A stretch of 64,000 nt of DNA from an uncultured Verrucomicrobiae bacterium (lineage in GTDB: Bacteria > Verrucomicrobiota > Verrucomicrobiia > Chthoniobacterales > UBA10450): positions 832,001-896,000 of the forward strand of contig CAVSDR010000006.1 in assembly GCA_963726745.1 (NCBI GenBank). The letters are read 5' to 3'. Shown piece after piece: positions 60,399-64,000 of the stretch. The translations under genes and the position numbers were made by a program. The notes beneath the pieces are model-generated. The model was not told the origin of the DNA and searched no databases. It saw only the letters and a list, made by a program, of their open reading frames with translations. Position 1 is the stretch's first letter; every line of letters starts with the position of its first letter.

Positions 60399-61535
60399 CT
60401 AGTAATCCGCTCCGCGGCTGAAGATCCGGCTCAAGAACCCGCGCGGCTCGACTTCCTTTTTCTCTTCCGGTTTGGCTTCTGCAAGGGCGGGCGGCGCTTC
60501 CTCCGTGGCCGCTGCCGTCAGCATCGGCGACTCGTTAGGCAGCAACTCGATCTCCTCCACGTCCGGTTCAGCTTCGGGCTCCGGCGCCGCTTCCGGCTCG
60601 CTTTCCGGATCGGCTTCCACCGGTTCTTCCACCGGCTCGGGGTCCGCGGCTTCCTCTTCCATTAACGGCAGACTCGGCGCCGGTGCCTCGGGAAAATATT
60701 GCCGCATCACCGCGGAGTAATCGGCCTCGCCGCCGCCGTCGTTCAACTCATCGCGCAAGACATCGCGCGCCACCTCGGTCACGCCCAGGCGCAGGCCAAG
60801 ATCGCGCCCCATCCGCGCCGCGAGCGTCGCGTCTTTGAGCATGTGCTTGACCGAAAAATGCGTGTCGAATTCGCGGTCAATCATCTTCGGCAACTTCATC
60901 GTGAGCGTGCCGGAGTTGGACCCGTTCGAGCGCATCGCGGCGGCAAATTTATCCAGCGGCACCTGCGCGCGATCCACCAGCGCGAGCGCCTCCGCGGCCA
61001 CCTGCACCGTGGCCGCGGTGATCATATTCGTGGCCAGCTTGATCGTCGTCGCCTGCCCCACTTCCCCGATCTCGAGGATCTCCTTGCTGCTTGCTTCCAG
61101 CACCGGACGCGCGCGCCGGTAGGCCGCCTCATCGCCACCGATGTAGTAGACTAATTCCCCGCGACCGGCCGCTTCCTTGCTCCCGGTAAAGGGCGCGTCG
61201 AGCAGTTGTCCGCCGCGGCGCGCGACCAAATCGGCAGCCTCGCGCATCGTCTCCGGCGCGACTGTGCAATGCGCCATGACCACGTGGTGCGCGCTCAGCG
61301 AGGGCTTCATCGCGCCGATCATTTGCAGCAGCGCCTCGTCATTGGAAACGAAGATCTGCACGAAGTCGCAGAGCTCGGCCAGCTCCGCCGGCGAGCCGAC
61401 AAAATTTGGGAAAGGCCGCGGCGTGCGGTTCCAGACGAAGACGTGAAAACCGCGCCGGCGCAGGCAATCCGCCACCCGTTGACCGATGATTCCGAGACCG
61501 ATAACTCCGACGTTTTTTTGGGTGCGACGCGACAT
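60399..61535 (-). CDS. NAD(P)-dependent oxidoreductase, 3-hydroxyisobutyrate dehydrogenase family, with acidic C-terminal extension
   Basis: GVIGLGIIG, VWNRT, DAPFTGSK, KLATN, F...HMLKD. Confidence 0.88.
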   Translation of the reverse strand: MSRRTQKNVGVIGLGIIGQRVADCLRRRGFHVFVWNRTPRPFPNFVGSPAELAELCDFVQIFVSNDEALLQMIGAMKPSLSAHHVVMAHCTVAPETMREAADLVARRGGQLLDAPFTGSKEAAGRGELVYYIGGDEAAYRRARPVLEASSKEILEIGEVGQATTIKLATNMITAATVQVAAEALALVDRAQVPLDKFAAAMRSNGSNSGTLTMKLPKMIDREFDTHFSVKHMLKDATLAARMGRDLGLRLGVTEVARDVLRDELNDGGGEADYSAVMRQYFPEAPAPSLPLMEEEAADPEPVEEPVEADPESEPEAAPEPEAEPDVEEIELLPNESPMLTAAATEEAPPALAEAKPEEKKEVEPRGFLSRIFSRGADY

Positions 61536-61595
61536 TTTTTGCTTCTTCTCGCGAAAGTGCGGCCAACGCCTGTGCGGTGCAATCGTGAACTTGGG

Positions 61596-62384
61596 CTACT
61601 TCCGCTCGGGCCCGCGCGCCGCCAGCTCCGCCACCGCCGCGGCCCGTTTGGCATTCGCTAGCTCCGCCGCGAGCTCCGGCCGCGCCTCCGCGAAATCCAC
61701 CTCCCGCGCTGGGCGCACTTCCGCGAGCTGCACGATGTGAAAGCCGAGCGGCGAACGGAAAGGCGACGAGAATTCGCCCGGACGAAGCTTCACGATTTCC
61801 GCGAAAAACTCCGGCGGCAAACGCTCGTCACTGAGCCAGCCCAGATCCCCAGCGCGCGCTTTGCTGGCCGGGTCCTCGGAGTTTTCCGCGATCAATTTGC
61901 TCCAATCCTCGCCAGCCAAACGGCGCACCGAGAGTCCAAGGATTTTGTTCAACTGCGCCGTCACCACCTCCGGCTTCGTGCCAGTGGGGGCGGCCAGGAA
62001 TAGATGCGCCACGCGATATTCCGCCGGGCGCTGGAAACGCTCCCGTTGCGTTTCGTAGGCCGCGCGCAGCTCCGTCTCGTCGACCAGGAGCCGTGGCGCG
62101 ATCTTCTCCTCAATGGAAGCGCGCGCGCTCAAGTTGTCGGCTATTTCTCGTTCGAGCGCTTCCGGCGAAAGGTGCGAGGCCCGCCGCGCCGCCGCCAGGC
62201 CTTCCTCTCCGCCGAAAGCTCCGCGCAACAAATCGAGCTCGCGCTCCACCGCCGCGGGCGCAACCACTTCCGCCGGCCCGCTCCTGGCGTGTGCGCGCCA
62301 AGCTCTCACCAGCACCTCGCCGCTCCCCCAACCCAGCACCGCCGCGAGCACGAGCAGGACAAAAACTTTCCCGCCGCGCCTCAC
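61596..62384 (-). CDS. parvulin/PpiC-type peptidyl-prolyl isomerase
   Basis: HLFL, SED..SK..AGDLG, S.PFRSPLGFHIV; N-terminal TM/signal. Confidence 0.88.
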   Translation of the reverse strand: MRRGGKVFVLLVLAAVLGWGSGEVLVRAWRAHARSGPAEVVAPAAVERELDLLRGAFGGEEGLAAARRASHLSPEALEREIADNLSARASIEEKIAPRLLVDETELRAAYETQRERFQRPAEYRVAHLFLAAPTGTKPEVVTAQLNKILGLSVRRLAGEDWSKLIAENSEDPASKARAGDLGWLSDERLPPEFFAEIVKLRPGEFSSPFRSPLGFHIVQLAEVRPAREVDFAEARPELAAELANAKRAAAVAELAARGPERK

Positions 62385-63286
62385 CGGAAAGCGCTCTCGA
62401 CCAGGAAACGCGCCGCGACTTTGCCGACCGTGGCCAGGCTCTCCGCGCTCAACTTATCCATCGTGTCCGCGGGCGTGTGCCAGGGCGGATACTCAAAATC
62501 GATCAGGTCGATCGTCGGAATGCCGGCCTGGTTGAGCGGCGTGTGATCATCGAGAATGCCGCCGCGCGCATAGGTAAAATGCTGCCGCAAGCCGAGCGCC
62601 TCGGCCGCGTGAAAGATTCCCAGGGTGAGCTGGCTGGGGGAATCCGGTGGCAGCGTGATCCCGAGTGATGCATCGCCCACCATGTCGAAAAGGATGCCGC
62701 CGCGGAATTGTTTTGCCTGCCCCGTCTTCACCAAGTCGCTGGCAAAATACCGGCTGCCGTAGAGCCCATCGGTCTCGGTGAAACTAACGAACGCTTCCTC
62801 ACCATCGAAGAAGACCAATTGGATCTTCCGCGCCAGCTCCGGATGCGGCGCAAGCACCCGCGCCATTTCCAAGAGCACGCCGTTGCTCGAGCCGCCGTCG
62901 TTCGCTCCCACGAAGCGCTCGTGCGCGAAGAACTTCGTGTCGTAGTGCGAGCAAAGCAGAAAGGTGGGCGCGCTCTTCCCGCCGGGGAAGGTGGCGATGA
63001 GGTTGACGAAATTCCGCGGGCCTTGCGGGGTTTCGTCGGTGAACGCCTGCCGTTGCACTTCCCAGCCGGCGGCGACTAGTTGCTCCGTCAGGTAAACGCG
63101 GGCGGCTTCCAGTTCCGCGCTCCCGACCGGGCGCGGGCCGAGGTCGACCAGCCGTTGCACGTCCTGCAGGGCGCGTTCGCCGGAGAATTGTTCCCAGATC
63201 GCCGGCCCGACGGCCTCGGCGTTTTTGCCGTGGCGGTCGCAGGCGGCCAGCGCGAGGGTGAGCGCCAGGAGAACGCGCAGAGTCAT
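62381..63286 (-). CDS. M28 family lipoprotein, glutaminyl-peptide cyclotransferase-like
   Basis: Lipobox LAAC; SHYDTK, GANDGGS, FFDGEEA, LYGSR, DMVG, DDHTP, WHT..D. Confidence 0.85.
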   Translation of the reverse strand: MTLRVLLALTLALAACDRHGKNAEAVGPAIWEQFSGERALQDVQRLVDLGPRPVGSAELEAARVYLTEQLVAAGWEVQRQAFTDETPQGPRNFVNLIATFPGGKSAPTFLLCSHYDTKFFAHERFVGANDGGSSNGVLLEMARVLAPHPELARKIQLVFFDGEEAFVSFTETDGLYGSRYFASDLVKTGQAKQFRGGILFDMVGDASLGITLPPDSPSQLTLGIFHAAEALGLRQHFTYARGGILDDHTPLNQAGIPTIDLIDFEYPPWHTPADTMDKLSAESLATVGKVAARFLVESAFR

Positions 63287-63301
63287 CTCGTTGAGCGCCG
63301 G

Positions 63302-64000
63302 TTAGCTTTCGCTCTTCGGCAAGCCAATCGCATTCAAGACGCGCTCGAGATCGTCGTTTCCGTAGTATTCAATCTCGATCCGGCCGCGCTTCTCGCCATG
63401 CTGCACGACCACGCGGGTGCCGAGGTGAAGTTGCAGTCTATTTTGCAATTCCTCGATCGTCGCCGAGGTCACGCTCGCGGCCGCATGGTCCGCTTGCGCC
63501 GCCGAGTGGTCCCGAGCTGCCGCGCGACCATGCGCTCGGCATCGCGCACCGGACTGCTCCGGCGCAGGATCGTCTCCGCGATCGCCACCTGGTCCTCCTG
63601 CGACTTCAAACCCAGCAGCACTTTGGCGTGGCCCACGGAGAGCAAACCTTGCGTGAGCCACGTCTGCACTTGCAGGTGGAGATCGAGCAGGCGCATCGAG
63701 TTTGCCACCGCCGCGCGACTGCGCCCGACCTTTTGCGCGATGTCTTCCTGGCGCATCCCGAATTCCCCCGCGAGCCGCGCGTAGGCTTGCGCTTCCTCGA
63801 TCGGGTTCAGGTCGGCGCGCTGTAAATTTTCGATCAGCGCCAGCTCGAGCACTTCAAGGTCGGTCGCCTCGCGCACGATCACCGGCGCCTGCGTCAGCCC
63901 GGCCTGCTGCGCCGCGCGCCAGCGGCGCTCGCCCGCGATCAACTCGTGCAGGCCATTGACCAGGCGGACGATCAGCGGCTGGATGATGCCGCGTTGGCGG
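63302..64000 (-). CDS. parB: ParB/Spo0J partition protein (5' end outside window); frameshift near 63485
   Basis: IIQPLIVR, IAGERRWRA, ALIENLQRADLNPIEEA, SR..VAN..RLL, GHAK; tail GRIEIEY...DLER in the next frame. Confidence 0.93.

Overview
GC-rich bacterial chromosomal window, most likely Verrucomicrobiota/Chthoniobacterales (inferred from a TGTTC-N4-GAACA LexA box, TIGR04073-like and SRKTHG+dockerin proteins, and DP-AA-W repeat proteins). It holds about 45 mostly housekeeping or envelope genes (serA, otsAB, gnd, pgsA, moaE, dusB, glgE, parB, two TonB-dependent receptors, a Wzc/Wza EPS locus, tRNA-Gly). Scattered single frameshifts suggest a long-read assembly. Main highlights: (1) The SOS mutasome is split. 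lexA-imuA-imuB(N-half) lies on + at 49.7-51.7 kb. imuB(C-half)-dnaE2 lies on - at 37.8-42.0 kb, where it is translationally coupled behind a membrane-anchored 32-aa-repeat protein that has its own LexA-like box. One 9.7-kb inversion would rejoin the two imuB halves. (2) A 140-bp REP/MITE-like palindrome is inserted in the dnaE2 PHP domain. (3) Two strongly over-represented, non-palindromic DNA words (GCCTAACGA and GYYGGCTAA) are spread through the window and force rare codons. (4) A glutaminyl-cyclase-like lipoprotein occurs together with Gln at +1 of most predicted secreted proteins. All counts were made by eye and no database searches were run.
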